From Chitinophagales bacterium (GTDB lineage Bacteria; Bacteroidota; Bacteroidia; Chitinophagales; CAIOSU01), in assembly GCA_034440455.1 (NCBI GenBank), contig JAWXCB010000077.1, positions 33,679-97,678 on the forward strand: a stretch of DNA of 64,000 nt, given 5' to 3'. Position 1 is the stretch's first letter, and every line of letters starts with the position of its first letter. This document shows positions 26,267 to 35,741 of the stretch, in pieces. The notes beneath the pieces were generated by a model, which had not been told where the DNA came from, made no database searches, and saw only the letters and a program-made list of their open reading frames with translations. The position numbers and the translations under genes were made by a program.

Positions 26267-27460
26267 ATGTTTTCAAAAAGAAAAATTCTGTTTGTTCTAT
26301 TCTTTGTCGCACTTGCGGCTGTAATCATTTTGCCTTTTTCCAATTGCAACAGACATTCATCTGACGTTTATCATGGCTTTTTAGAAAGCGGTGAATTCAA
26401 AAAAATGGACAGAACGGAACAAACGCTGAAGTGCGCTTCTTGTCATCCGCAGGAGTATGCAAATGAAATGAAGGGTCCGCATTCCTATGCTTACAAAAGT
26501 TTAGTGGAGCACAAAGCCTTTGTGAACAGCAGCAGTTACCAGTGTGTTTTTTATACTGCGCACGTAAACCGGTCATATGAAAACTGCATGGGATGTCATG
26601 CTCCGCAAAATCTGTATGAAACGCTGCTCAAGGATAGCTTGAATCAGCCCTTGCGGTTAGCTGAAAATCTTTTACAGGAAGCGCATCCGCGACCGCTCAC
26701 GCGCGAGGGCGATGCGCAACGAGTCACCGGTGTTGACTGCATGAATTGTCATGTGAATGGCGGGCAGATAGTTTCACAAAAACACAATTTTAAGGCAGAG
26801 GATAGCATAGCCGCACTACAAACGATACCTGTGTTGACGATCAACAATATAAACTGCTACCTCTGTCATTTTGATGCGGTGCGTAACTTCAATTCCGATA
26901 TAGCAATAAAACAAACCGGTTCCGCACTCTGCATGAATTGCCATCAGGAGCATGACGCGCAAGGCGAAGGTACCCATTATTTTTATTGGCAGCATGATGC
27001 CGCAGACAAACAGAATCCCAAGCCTGCTTTGCTGGTGGATGATTTTCATTTTGAAGCGTATGAGAAAAATAAAACCGGAGTAATTACATGGATTAACACC
27101 ATCATGCCTCATAAAATAAGTCCCGGACCTGAAATAGTCTTATTCTGCGATGTGCTTGACAAGGACTCTGCCGTACTGGGAAGCAAAACCATCCGTATTA
27201 ATAAGAAAAAGGAATTTGACAAAGAGATGTACCCAAACCTTGAAAATAATTATTTGGCAGGCATTGAGGGAGATGATGTTCCACTTCATGGTGAAGCCAT
27301 CGAATATCAATTCCCGCTGCAAAGAGCCGAAGATGCAGCATTTTTTAGAATCTCCTTTATGCACAAATCACAATACTGGTTTCCGGATTCGCTTGGAAAA
27401 GTCAGTTTAGTTAAAACTTACGCTTATGAAAAAGAGAAGCAGGTTTTACCTGTTCAATAA
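26267..27460 (+). CDS. multiheme (five CxxCH) c-type cytochrome, probable lipoprotein
   Basis: Signal plus lipobox-like ILPFSNC. Heme-binding motifs CASCH, CMGCH, CMNCH, CYLCH and CMNCH lie in the first ~230 aa. The ~160-aa C-terminal domain has none. Confidence 0.7.
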   Translation: MFSKRKILFVLFFVALAAVIILPFSNCNRHSSDVYHGFLESGEFKKMDRTEQTLKCASCHPQEYANEMKGPHSYAYKSLVEHKAFVNSSSYQCVFYTAHVNRSYENCMGCHAPQNLYETLLKDSLNQPLRLAENLLQEAHPRPLTREGDAQRVTGVDCMNCHVNGGQIVSQKHNFKAEDSIAALQTIPVLTINNINCYLCHFDAVRNFNSDIAIKQTGSALCMNCHQEHDAQGEGTHYFYWQHDAADKQNPKPALLVDDFHFEAYEKNKTGVITWINTIMPHKISPGPEIVLFCDVLDKDSAVLGSKTIRINKKKEFDKEMYPNLENNYLAGIEGDDVPLHGEAIEYQFPLQRAEDAAFFRISFMHKSQYWFPDSLGKVSLVKTYAYEKEKQVLPVQ

Positions 27461-29152
27461 ATAAGTTTTCCATTCATACGAAGTATTGCCGGTTACATTT
27501 ACTTCCCTCAGCGATAAGTCAAGCCCATGTATTTCGCGCAAGTAATTTTTTATTACCCTCATACGTTCTTCTTCCGAGACAATCAACACATCGCTATTTG
27601 CAGTATTCAGATAATTCCAAAACGATGGGTACGAATAGATGTCGCATTTACACTCATTTTCTAAGTATCGTTTGTAATAGGGGAAAAATGGAATGATGTA
27701 GCCATCGGTAATATAGAATTTCTTGAAGGCTGAAAAATCAACCGGATGAAAGGGTTTGCAACTTAGAAAAAAATAATCTAATACGGAAGAATTAATGGCG
27801 AGAAAACGTCCGGAAGCAAGTTTCTTAATTTCTTCAAATTGCTGTTGCTTCATCTCTAAATCTTCCTTCAGCCGGACGCTTTCTTTTTTCAGATGGTAGA
27901 TATGAACAAGAAACAAAATTCCACAAGCGACTAATAGGGGATGAACCCTGCCCGAAAAATCAGGGCGCATATTTTTTACAAGCAATAATAGATGACAGAG
28001 GATAAACAATCCAATGTAAGGAACCCAGGAGCGCTCGTTTACTTTATCTACATACGTTTGAACAAGAGTAAGCGCCCAATAAGAAACCACAAAAGCTGCG
28101 CAGAATAACCAGGTGGTTTTCTGTTTGCGAAAACTGTATTGACTCAGTAGCGCTGCGCTCAGCAGAATCACAACAAGCGCGAGATGCCAATATTGAAGCA
28201 ATATGGCTTTTTGCTCGCGGGCTACGCGATTCCACTGACGGGCATCAGTAAAGATGAAATTTTCGGGCAGAATAAGCGAGCGAAGAAAAACCGGTGTCAT
28301 CACGCGCGGATCAGAAAGCAGCATTTGCGCTCCCATTTGATGCATTACGGTATCGCGATATGTTTTCATCCGCGCGAGCGGCACCATATTTCCCCGCGCG
28401 ATAAACTGTTCTTCAATATCAGGTTCTACCTGCTTGTAAAATTCTGTGTTCGTTGCAGTTTTTATATCAATAGCTAAAAAGAGAGATTGACCGCCTACTA
28501 CCAGCAGCGGGAAGAGGAAGAGCATTGCAGTATGTTTAATACGCTCGGTAAAAAGCAGCGAAAAAGGAATCATAAGTAGAAAACAAGCAAGAGCGGCTTC
28601 ATTTCTGATAAATGTGCCAATAGCGAAAAACAAATTGAAGAGCAGAAACCACCCCCATCTTTTTTTTATGACGCCCCTGTCGTTAAAAAAAATCGTTAAG
28701 CCAACCAGCGAAGCGCCACAAACCAGATATGCAACGCGGGTGTAAATAAGATGAATATGGTGGTCAGCAAACACCAGCACAAACATGCTTACCATTATTG
28801 CAATTCTTCTTGCAGTAGAAATTTTTTGGGGCAGCAATACGCTTATAGCCTGCATGGACAGCACACTCGCCAGGAGCATCCATAAATTTTCCAGCCACGA
28901 CATCCATTCTATTCCCGGAAAGTTTTCGTAGAGCAGGGAATAGAACTGCGAAATCACAAGGTTGCCTGAAAAATAAACGGAACGAAATGGCATGCCGGGA
29001 GTGAGACTTCCGCTGATAAAGCCAATATTCAGCCCTTCATATTCTACATAGTAGAAACCAAAGAAAAAGTAAGTGAAAATAAAACAGAGCAGCGTGATAA
29101 GTAAGGGTAAACGAAAATCAAATTGGCGTTCGGGCACATTCATTAACGACAT
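27446..29152 (-). CDS. uncharacterised polytopic membrane protein, paralog A (C-terminal soluble domain with CxC motif)
   Basis: 568 aa with at least 10 hydrophobic helices. C-terminal YLENECKCDIYSYPSFWNYL...VLIVSEEERMRVIKNY. Paralogous to 32327-33970 and 49404-51086. Confidence 0.6.
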   Translation of the reverse strand: MSLMNVPERQFDFRLPLLITLLCFIFTYFFFGFYYVEYEGLNIGFISGSLTPGMPFRSVYFSGNLVISQFYSLLYENFPGIEWMSWLENLWMLLASVLSMQAISVLLPQKISTARRIAIMVSMFVLVFADHHIHLIYTRVAYLVCGASLVGLTIFFNDRGVIKKRWGWFLLFNLFFAIGTFIRNEAALACFLLMIPFSLLFTERIKHTAMLFLFPLLVVGGQSLFLAIDIKTATNTEFYKQVEPDIEEQFIARGNMVPLARMKTYRDTVMHQMGAQMLLSDPRVMTPVFLRSLILPENFIFTDARQWNRVAREQKAILLQYWHLALVVILLSAALLSQYSFRKQKTTWLFCAAFVVSYWALTLVQTYVDKVNERSWVPYIGLFILCHLLLLVKNMRPDFSGRVHPLLVACGILFLVHIYHLKKESVRLKEDLEMKQQQFEEIKKLASGRFLAINSSVLDYFFLSCKPFHPVDFSAFKKFYITDGYIIPFFPYYKRYLENECKCDIYSYPSFWNYLNTANSDVLIVSEEERMRVIKNYLREIHGLDLSLREVNVTGNTSYEWKTYLLNR

Positions 29153-29199
29153 GCTTTCAGGAGAATTTGCTTTCCAAGATACGGTTTACTTTGGAGCGA

Positions 29200-30486
29200 C
29201 TATTTAAACAAATCCAAAATGGGATATGGTGAAAGCATCGCGGCAGACAATTCAGCATCTGGTATGCCGAACCAGCCTTTCAGCACAGACGCATAGACCG
29301 AGCGAAAGTCATGTTGCAAAGGCAAATTATCGCTCACTTCTGCCTTTGCGGGTAGAATCGGATTTGAGCCGATAATTCCCCCTTTCAACCCGGAGCCGAA
29401 TAAGAACATCGGACCTGTGGAGCCGTGGTCGGTGCCATAGCTGGCATTTGATTTAATCCTTCTGCCAAATTCTGAAATCGTCATGCCTAATACTTTATCC
29501 TGCGTGCCCATTAATTGCAGGTCATCTTCAAAAGCTGCAATCGCCTCGGAAAGCTTTGACAATAATTGAGCGTGAACTCCCTGTGTTGCGTCTGAAGAAT
29601 ACACCTGCCCGTTATGCAAATCAAAACCATTTAGATTAACCATGTAAATTTTTGTTTTCAATCCTCCTCCAATTAACTGCGCAACTATTTTCAATTGGTC
29701 AGCAAGAAGATTCCTGCCGGTTTCGGGATAGCGTTTTGATAAATTTTGCTGCGCCTGGGCTGCCGCTTTGATTACCGAAATGTACTGATGGGTTTCATTC
29801 GCAGTTGACCTTACAAAAAATAATTCCCTGCCTGCCGGTGTGGCGGGCGCAATGCCATAGTTTCCAAGCACTAAATCATAAAAAAAAGATGTGGAGGTAA
29901 TCGCCATGCCTAAACCTACAGTATGTCCCTGCAATGCGGTTGATAATACAGAGCCGACTTGTATTGCCGGTGGGTCAGGCAAATCATTATTCGGATAGCC
30001 GACAGGATAGTTTGGATATTTCTGGTCGAGGAATCTGCCTGCCCAGCCCGAACTAAGCACGGTAGATGCTCCTGAGCCGGTCAGCCAAATATCCGTAGCC
30101 CGAAAGTGCGAAAAATCAGGATTGGGATAACCAACTCCTTGAATTACGGAGAGTGAATTGCTGTTATACATTTTTTGCAATTCGACTAAGGAAGGATGAA
30201 AGCCGGTGACATCTGAATTATTTAAACAAAGCACCCGATTTTCCGGTATCAGGATATTTTTCCGCGCATTGGCAAGATGTGCATATTGGTCTAAAGGGAT
30301 AACTGTATTCAGCCCGTCATTTCCCCCTTCTAATTGCACTAAAACAAGAATCCTGTCATCTGCCGATGAATTTTTTGATGATGCGGGCGCATTTTTTCTT
30401 TTACAACCCCATAAGGATAAATTATTTAGCATCAGCGGCAATAGAATTGCCGGAACTGCGCTCTTTAAAAATGTTTTACGTTTCAT
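29200..30486 (-). CDS. DUF1501 family protein (sulfatase/alkaline-phosphatase-like fold), copy 1
   Basis: N-terminal export signal MKRKTFLKSAVPAILLP, QLEGGNDGLNTVIP, and SEFGRRIKSNASYGTDHGS. Confidence 0.8.
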   Translation of the reverse strand: MKRKTFLKSAVPAILLPLMLNNLSLWGCKRKNAPASSKNSSADDRILVLVQLEGGNDGLNTVIPLDQYAHLANARKNILIPENRVLCLNNSDVTGFHPSLVELQKMYNSNSLSVIQGVGYPNPDFSHFRATDIWLTGSGASTVLSSGWAGRFLDQKYPNYPVGYPNNDLPDPPAIQVGSVLSTALQGHTVGLGMAITSTSFFYDLVLGNYGIAPATPAGRELFFVRSTANETHQYISVIKAAAQAQQNLSKRYPETGRNLLADQLKIVAQLIGGGLKTKIYMVNLNGFDLHNGQVYSSDATQGVHAQLLSKLSEAIAAFEDDLQLMGTQDKVLGMTISEFGRRIKSNASYGTDHGSTGPMFLFGSGLKGGIIGSNPILPAKAEVSDNLPLQHDFRSVYASVLKGWFGIPDAELSAAMLSPYPILDLFK

Positions 30487-30498
30487 TCTGCAATTTTT

Positions 30499-32231
30499 TC
30501 AAATCAACTGATACTCGGGTCGTTGGGCGATGTAAGCATAAAATTGACGGAGTCGCGTAAACACTACGCTTTTACTGATTTCATCAGTGGGATTCGTTGC
30601 ATAACTATTCCATGCATCAGTCCAATAGTAATCCGCTTTTTGCCCCGACAGAAGAATTGTTTTCAAAAATTCAATCTGTGATGCATCAAATGCATTCGCG
30701 CATAATAACATCGTGCTGTCTGTAATCAATTGGTTCGGGTCTTCCGGATGCGGCAGTTGGTTAGTGAATGCAAGCAAATCAAACTTCAATTTTGCCGAGT
30801 AAATTGGCAATCCTCCTTCTGACGCCAGCATATCGGTAAAAGAATTGCGTAGGGGTAATGTGTTGGAATTTATCCAAAGCCGGTGATAACCGGGCTGCTG
30901 GTGATAAGCAGGCCAGCCTGCTACGTTAAGGGGGTCTCCCGGCTCCATTCCGAGAAGGCGCAATTGATACGCAAGTGACCATGCGTCATATTGCAGCGCC
31001 AGTTCCGAAGAAGATGGAAAGGGAACTTGAAATTGCCTGCATGCCCCAATCAGGAAATCAACCGGATTTTTTATTAAGCAGCCCCTATTCATCGGGTCAA
31101 AAAAATGCTCACTGCCAAGCAATGCCTTTAACACGGGTTTCACTTCAAAATTGTTTTTAAAAAATAGATCCGCCAAAGGACTAATTACTTCAGCTTCCAC
31201 TTTTGAGTCAATTTCGGAGTAAACAAACCAGCGATAAATTTTTCGACAAACATGTTTGGCTGCTTCCTGCTGCTGAAAAATCATATCAATCAAATCATCT
31301 GTTTCTTTTGCGCCTGCTGCGCCAGTTCTTCCCTTTATTACCGTGTTATTATAAAACGTTGAAAATTGCTTGTCACCGGAATCGTGATTGAGTGGATTGA
31401 ACGGTGGATTGGGATTGAAAAGCGAGACTAAACTGCTTAAATCATCCTGGTGGTCTTCCCATCCGGTGAGCACCCTTGCCGCAGCCATCACATCACTCTC
31501 CATATAGCGCGAATCAGGACCTTTGCCGACAGTAAATAGTTCTTGCAACTCGCGCGCATAATTTTCATTTGGTGTCACCGCGCTGTTTGAGTTTCCGTTC
31601 AGATAAAGAAGCATTCCGGGCGTAGTAGTTATTGCCCTTGTGAGTTTTTTGAAATTACCCAACGCGTGCAATCTGAGCAAAGCGAGATAGTCATAGTCAA
31701 ACCTTGCATCTTTCATCAAAAACATTTGCGCTACAAGATGACTGGGCCAGAAAAGCGTCATCTTTTCTGTTAAGGTATTCTTGGGATTGAGCATTAACCC
31801 AATCCACCAAGCTTTTAATGTTCTCACTCTTCTCTATCAGCATTTCCGTCAATATTGCCAAATGTGCCATGCACCCATGTTTGCCCAAACGGCACATCAG
31901 GGTCAGTATATTCAGCATCATTGTATGAATTAACCGGAGGCGAGGGAGTAGGTGTTTGAGTAAGTAGAATATCCAGACTTTGGGAAAGGTTCAATCCCGA
32001 AAAACGATGATAATCGGCATGTGTCACGCCAAACAGGGTTCTTCTGAGCAGGTGCAGCAACTGAGGTTGCCCCCAATGTCCTGAATAATGCATGATGCCA
32101 TGAGTTCTTGCTTTGTTCAATATCGGGTTTGATTCTTTTACAGACTGTGAATCATCTTCAGCGAATGCTGTTTTCGCGGCTGCTGCGCTTATCAAACTCA
32201 TTAGAAAGCCGGAACGGGAAAACTCCTTCAT
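30499..32231 (-). pseudogene. DUF1800 family gene split by a 1-nt frameshift at ~31824-31827
   Basis: ORF 31824-32231 (..LLHLLRRTLFGV..GNIDGNADREE-stop) and ORF 30499-31827 (RTLKAWWIGLMLNP..TEKMTLFW..YARELQELFTVGKG) together align colinearly with the intact paralog at 37021-38601 (..DIDRKRRIYLKGWWTGQIINR..TEKMVIFW..YGRELLELFTIGK). Confidence 0.7.
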
Positions 32232-32326
32232 TTTGCTCCTGTTTTATGACATTCAATAAAAGATACCTCTGGTTAAATTACTCCTCCGTTCTCAATAAAT
32301 CAGATGCAGGACGCATAGCGTATCTG

Positions 32327-33970
32327 CTATTTGAAAGTATAAACAGTAGCGCTATTACCTTCAACGCTGAATGAATCAATCGGCACGATATTGTAATTTT
32401 TCTTCCTTACCACGCTGCAATAATATTTCATCACCTCGACTCTTTCCGGGTCGGAAATAATGATGACGCTCTCTTTTTTTGATTCTAAAAAATCCATGAA
32501 GTCAGTATAACTTTTTGTATTACAGTTACATTCTTTCCTGAGATAGGCGTTATAGTTATCCTGAATATAAATGACATCGGCATCAAATAGATAGAGACGC
32601 GAAAAGACGGAAAAATCATGCATTTGAAATGGACGGAGGCTGAACAGAATCATTTGATTTTGCTCATTTCCGGGCACCAGAATTTTTCCCGGATACCTTC
32701 TTTTTAATTCATCGGTGAATTTTTTACGGGATTGCAATTTACCAGAGAGATCCGCCACGTATAGCTGCTGTTGTTTAAAATGGATAACCGTTCCGGTCAG
32801 GATTATCATACCCGCAACGATGCTGGTTATATAGATCCAACGGACTGCTGCAAAATCAATCTTGCTTAACAGGATGAAACACATCATCACGAGCATAGCA
32901 TCCAAAGTATAATACTGAAGCATGATAAAATATGTTGTGGCGACCACGATCAACCAAAATGAAAGATTGAATAGTACTATTTTTATCGCCTCTTTTTTAT
33001 CCGTAATGAATGATTGCCGCATGACAATTAACAGCAGTCCGATGTAGATAATAAGTAATCCGAGCGAATGGCGGAGTTTATCCGATAGTATATCAACAGC
33101 GCGTAGTATCAATTCCTTATTCACACCGACAAAAGCATTTTCTGCAACCAAACTTCGCAGGAAAGCAATGGTGGTGTATTCCTGGTCGGTTATCAGATTT
33201 ACAACTGCGGTGTATTTGGCGGAGTCAACGGCATTGGTCATGCTGCTGAGTGGAACAATATTCCCCCTGTCTAATAATTGATAGCCTAATTCAGGCTCGA
33301 ATTGCTTTAGAAAGTCATCGGTGGTCAGTCGGTCATACGCAATAAACCCAAATACCAAAGCAAATACAGCGGTATTGAAGATGATTGCTGTTTTAGAATA
33401 AGAGCGGCTCGAAACTAATAAGACTCCTAACCATTGCATTAAAAAGACGAATGTGCCTACCTCATGCCTCGATAAAAGACACAGGACAAACAGCGCGCAG
33501 GACCACCAGCCCAATAGTTTATTGTTTTTTCCGCCAGCTAACAGCGCAAGCGTGGATGCGATGCCCAATGCAAATGCCACGCGTGTATATTGAAACACAA
33601 GAATAAACTCCGTGGCGAGTACCAATGTAAGAACAAGAGGAATTATTTTCAGGATGAAACCTGCATGCTGATTATTCTTCAGAAAGAGGAGCAGGATGGT
33701 AAACAGGGAAATTGCTACATAAGCAAATAGAAATATTTCATACCAGGGAATTCCGGAGGTGACGCTATAGAACAGCATATAGACTTCTGCCAGCAGAAAA
33801 TGCGAAACAAAATACCAGATGTTTACAGGAACTCCTTCAGTTACAGAACCTGAGAAAAAGGTGGGATATAAGGCTTCATACGACTCATACACGGAAAAGA
33901 CGCCTAAGCCATATACAAATATCAGGATGAAAATAAAAATTGCCCCGTATTTCACTGCTGTATTTTTCAT
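32327..33970 (-). CDS. uncharacterised polytopic membrane protein, paralog B (CxC motif)
   Basis: The track ORF extends to TTG 34003. The first ATG (MKNTAVKYG) is at 33970. C-terminal YLRKECNCNTKSYTDFMDFL...VIIISDPERVEVMKYY. Confidence 0.6.
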   Translation of the reverse strand: MKNTAVKYGAIFIFILIFVYGLGVFSVYESYEALYPTFFSGSVTEGVPVNIWYFVSHFLLAEVYMLFYSVTSGIPWYEIFLFAYVAISLFTILLLFLKNNQHAGFILKIIPLVLTLVLATEFILVFQYTRVAFALGIASTLALLAGGKNNKLLGWWSCALFVLCLLSRHEVGTFVFLMQWLGVLLVSSRSYSKTAIIFNTAVFALVFGFIAYDRLTTDDFLKQFEPELGYQLLDRGNIVPLSSMTNAVDSAKYTAVVNLITDQEYTTIAFLRSLVAENAFVGVNKELILRAVDILSDKLRHSLGLLIIYIGLLLIVMRQSFITDKKEAIKIVLFNLSFWLIVVATTYFIMLQYYTLDAMLVMMCFILLSKIDFAAVRWIYITSIVAGMIILTGTVIHFKQQQLYVADLSGKLQSRKKFTDELKRRYPGKILVPGNEQNQMILFSLRPFQMHDFSVFSRLYLFDADVIYIQDNYNAYLRKECNCNTKSYTDFMDFLESKKESVIIISDPERVEVMKYYCSVVRKKNYNIVPIDSFSVEGNSATVYTFK

Positions 33971-34103
33971 ATAATTCAAACAAACTTTTCTATGTGGCGG
34001 CAAGCGTTGCTTCCCAAAGCGGCAATGTTGTTTTCATGACCGGATTGTTGCCTATTTAATTATAAATTTGACAGATGCTAAACACGTAAACATTCTAAGT
34101 AAA

Positions 34104-35741
34104 ATGAGGAACACACATAAATGCGCAATACCCTGCCCTAAATTTAAAAGAATATACCCGGTTTCGGGTGATGTTGTCGCATTCTTTTTTTTAGCCGCGT
34201 TCAGTTTGCTAAACTTTAGCTGCAATTTAAAAAATCAAGATGGATTTAATAAGGGCGTGAAGACAAATGATACGTTGTCTGTTGCAGCACCGCTTGATGT
34301 ATTGCTCTACCTGCCTCCGGTAATTGCGGCAAATCCAAATGAGGACTCTGCAACATCTATCATTTTAACCACAGCGGACGTTGCGCGATTTGATGACCTA
34401 TCGGAAGAGAAGCCTTATGTCAATTCAGTTCAAATTGTTGATGCGAATGAGCCATGGCCTCCGAGATGGTACATCGCAACCCCTGTCTATACAGATAAAA
34501 TGTATGAAAAGGTTGCAAAACAAAACCAATATCGGTTTGATTTTGTGATAGATGCCAAAATCGAGTCGGGCTATTTTTCTTTCTATAAAATACTTTCACA
34601 ACAAGCGATAGGCACAGGGCAGTTGTCTGCTCCTGAGTTTGCAGGCTATATTTTGCTGGATAAAAAAATGGAGCCGGTTGATACTATTAAAAGCAATATG
34701 AAAAGGTCTAACATATTTTTTCGCGACCTGAATATCAACGAGAAAGGAGAGCGGTTGGTGGACTTAAAGAAAGACACTTACCTTGATTTAAGAGACTATA
34801 CTGATAATCCGAAAGACAGTTCTGTGCATTGCTATCTTGACATCATCCACATCTTGGATTCAAATGACAATGTGCTTTTTACCTGGAATCCTTTATATCA
34901 TATCAACCCTGATTTATTTCAATACAAAGAAACGATGAATAGCAAAGCATTTGCGACAAGACACGCTGATATACTAGAGTGGACGCGGCTTACGTCAGCC
35001 CTATGGGATTATGACGGCAATATTCTGTATGCAATGAAGCAAATTGGTATCGGCAAAGTGTCGCGCGAAACCGGGCAAATAATGTGGCAGATAAATTACT
35101 CGGATATTCCCATTGTATCCGGTAAGGATACTTTAGAATGGTATAGTCCGCATGATTTTAATTTTTTGTCTGAGAATGATACTGCGGTGCTCTATTCTCT
35201 TTATTCGGGAGGCGCGGTAGGAGTTCAGCCCGCGTGTGGCGTTTTGTTTGAACAGAATAAAAAAACAAAGAAATTCAAACTCGTGCAATACATTTTTCCG
35301 CAAACAAACTATCTGGCTGTCGGGCAGGGCAATCTTGAATATCATCCTAACGGGGATTATGCTATCGGCTATGGTTTTTTTAGCGAGCCGGATACCTCTG
35401 CAAATGCGGGAGATAATTATCGAAACGTGTTAGAGTATAAATTACATGACGGAACAGCATCTGTTTATCAATTGCCGCGCTGGATTTATAACTATAAAGC
35501 GCGTTTAGTGCGCGACTGGCCTCGTCCTCCGCGTCCGGTAATTATGCAAAAGGGAGATAATTTGGAAGCAACAGGCGATTTTAAAGAGTACACTTGGTAT
35601 AAATTATCAGGCGCGAATCTAACAACGGCAAGCAAGGTTGGTGCAGGAAATACAATAAAGCCGGAAAAGGGTAGCATCTATTGTGTTGAGAGTAAATACG
35701 GTATCGGATTTTCAGTTTCACTGCCTTTCACTGTCAACTGA
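34104..35741 (+). CDS. secreted lipoprotein, possibly beta-propeller / arylsulfotransferase (ASST)-like
   Basis: The track ORF starts at TTG 34068. The first ATG is at 34104. Lipobox-like FSLLNFSC. Repetitive beta-strand-like segments and SPHDFNFLSEND weakly recall ASST-family propellers. Confidence 0.35.
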   Translation: MRNTHKCAIPCPKFKRIYPVSGDVVAFFFLAAFSLLNFSCNLKNQDGFNKGVKTNDTLSVAAPLDVLLYLPPVIAANPNEDSATSIILTTADVARFDDLSEEKPYVNSVQIVDANEPWPPRWYIATPVYTDKMYEKVAKQNQYRFDFVIDAKIESGYFSFYKILSQQAIGTGQLSAPEFAGYILLDKKMEPVDTIKSNMKRSNIFFRDLNINEKGERLVDLKKDTYLDLRDYTDNPKDSSVHCYLDIIHILDSNDNVLFTWNPLYHINPDLFQYKETMNSKAFATRHADILEWTRLTSALWDYDGNILYAMKQIGIGKVSRETGQIMWQINYSDIPIVSGKDTLEWYSPHDFNFLSENDTAVLYSLYSGGAVGVQPACGVLFEQNKKTKKFKLVQYIFPQTNYLAVGQGNLEYHPNGDYAIGYGFFSEPDTSANAGDNYRNVLEYKLHDGTASVYQLPRWIYNYKARLVRDWPRPPRPVIMQKGDNLEATGDFKEYTWYKLSGANLTTASKVGAGNTIKPEKGSIYCVESKYGIGFSVSLPFTVN

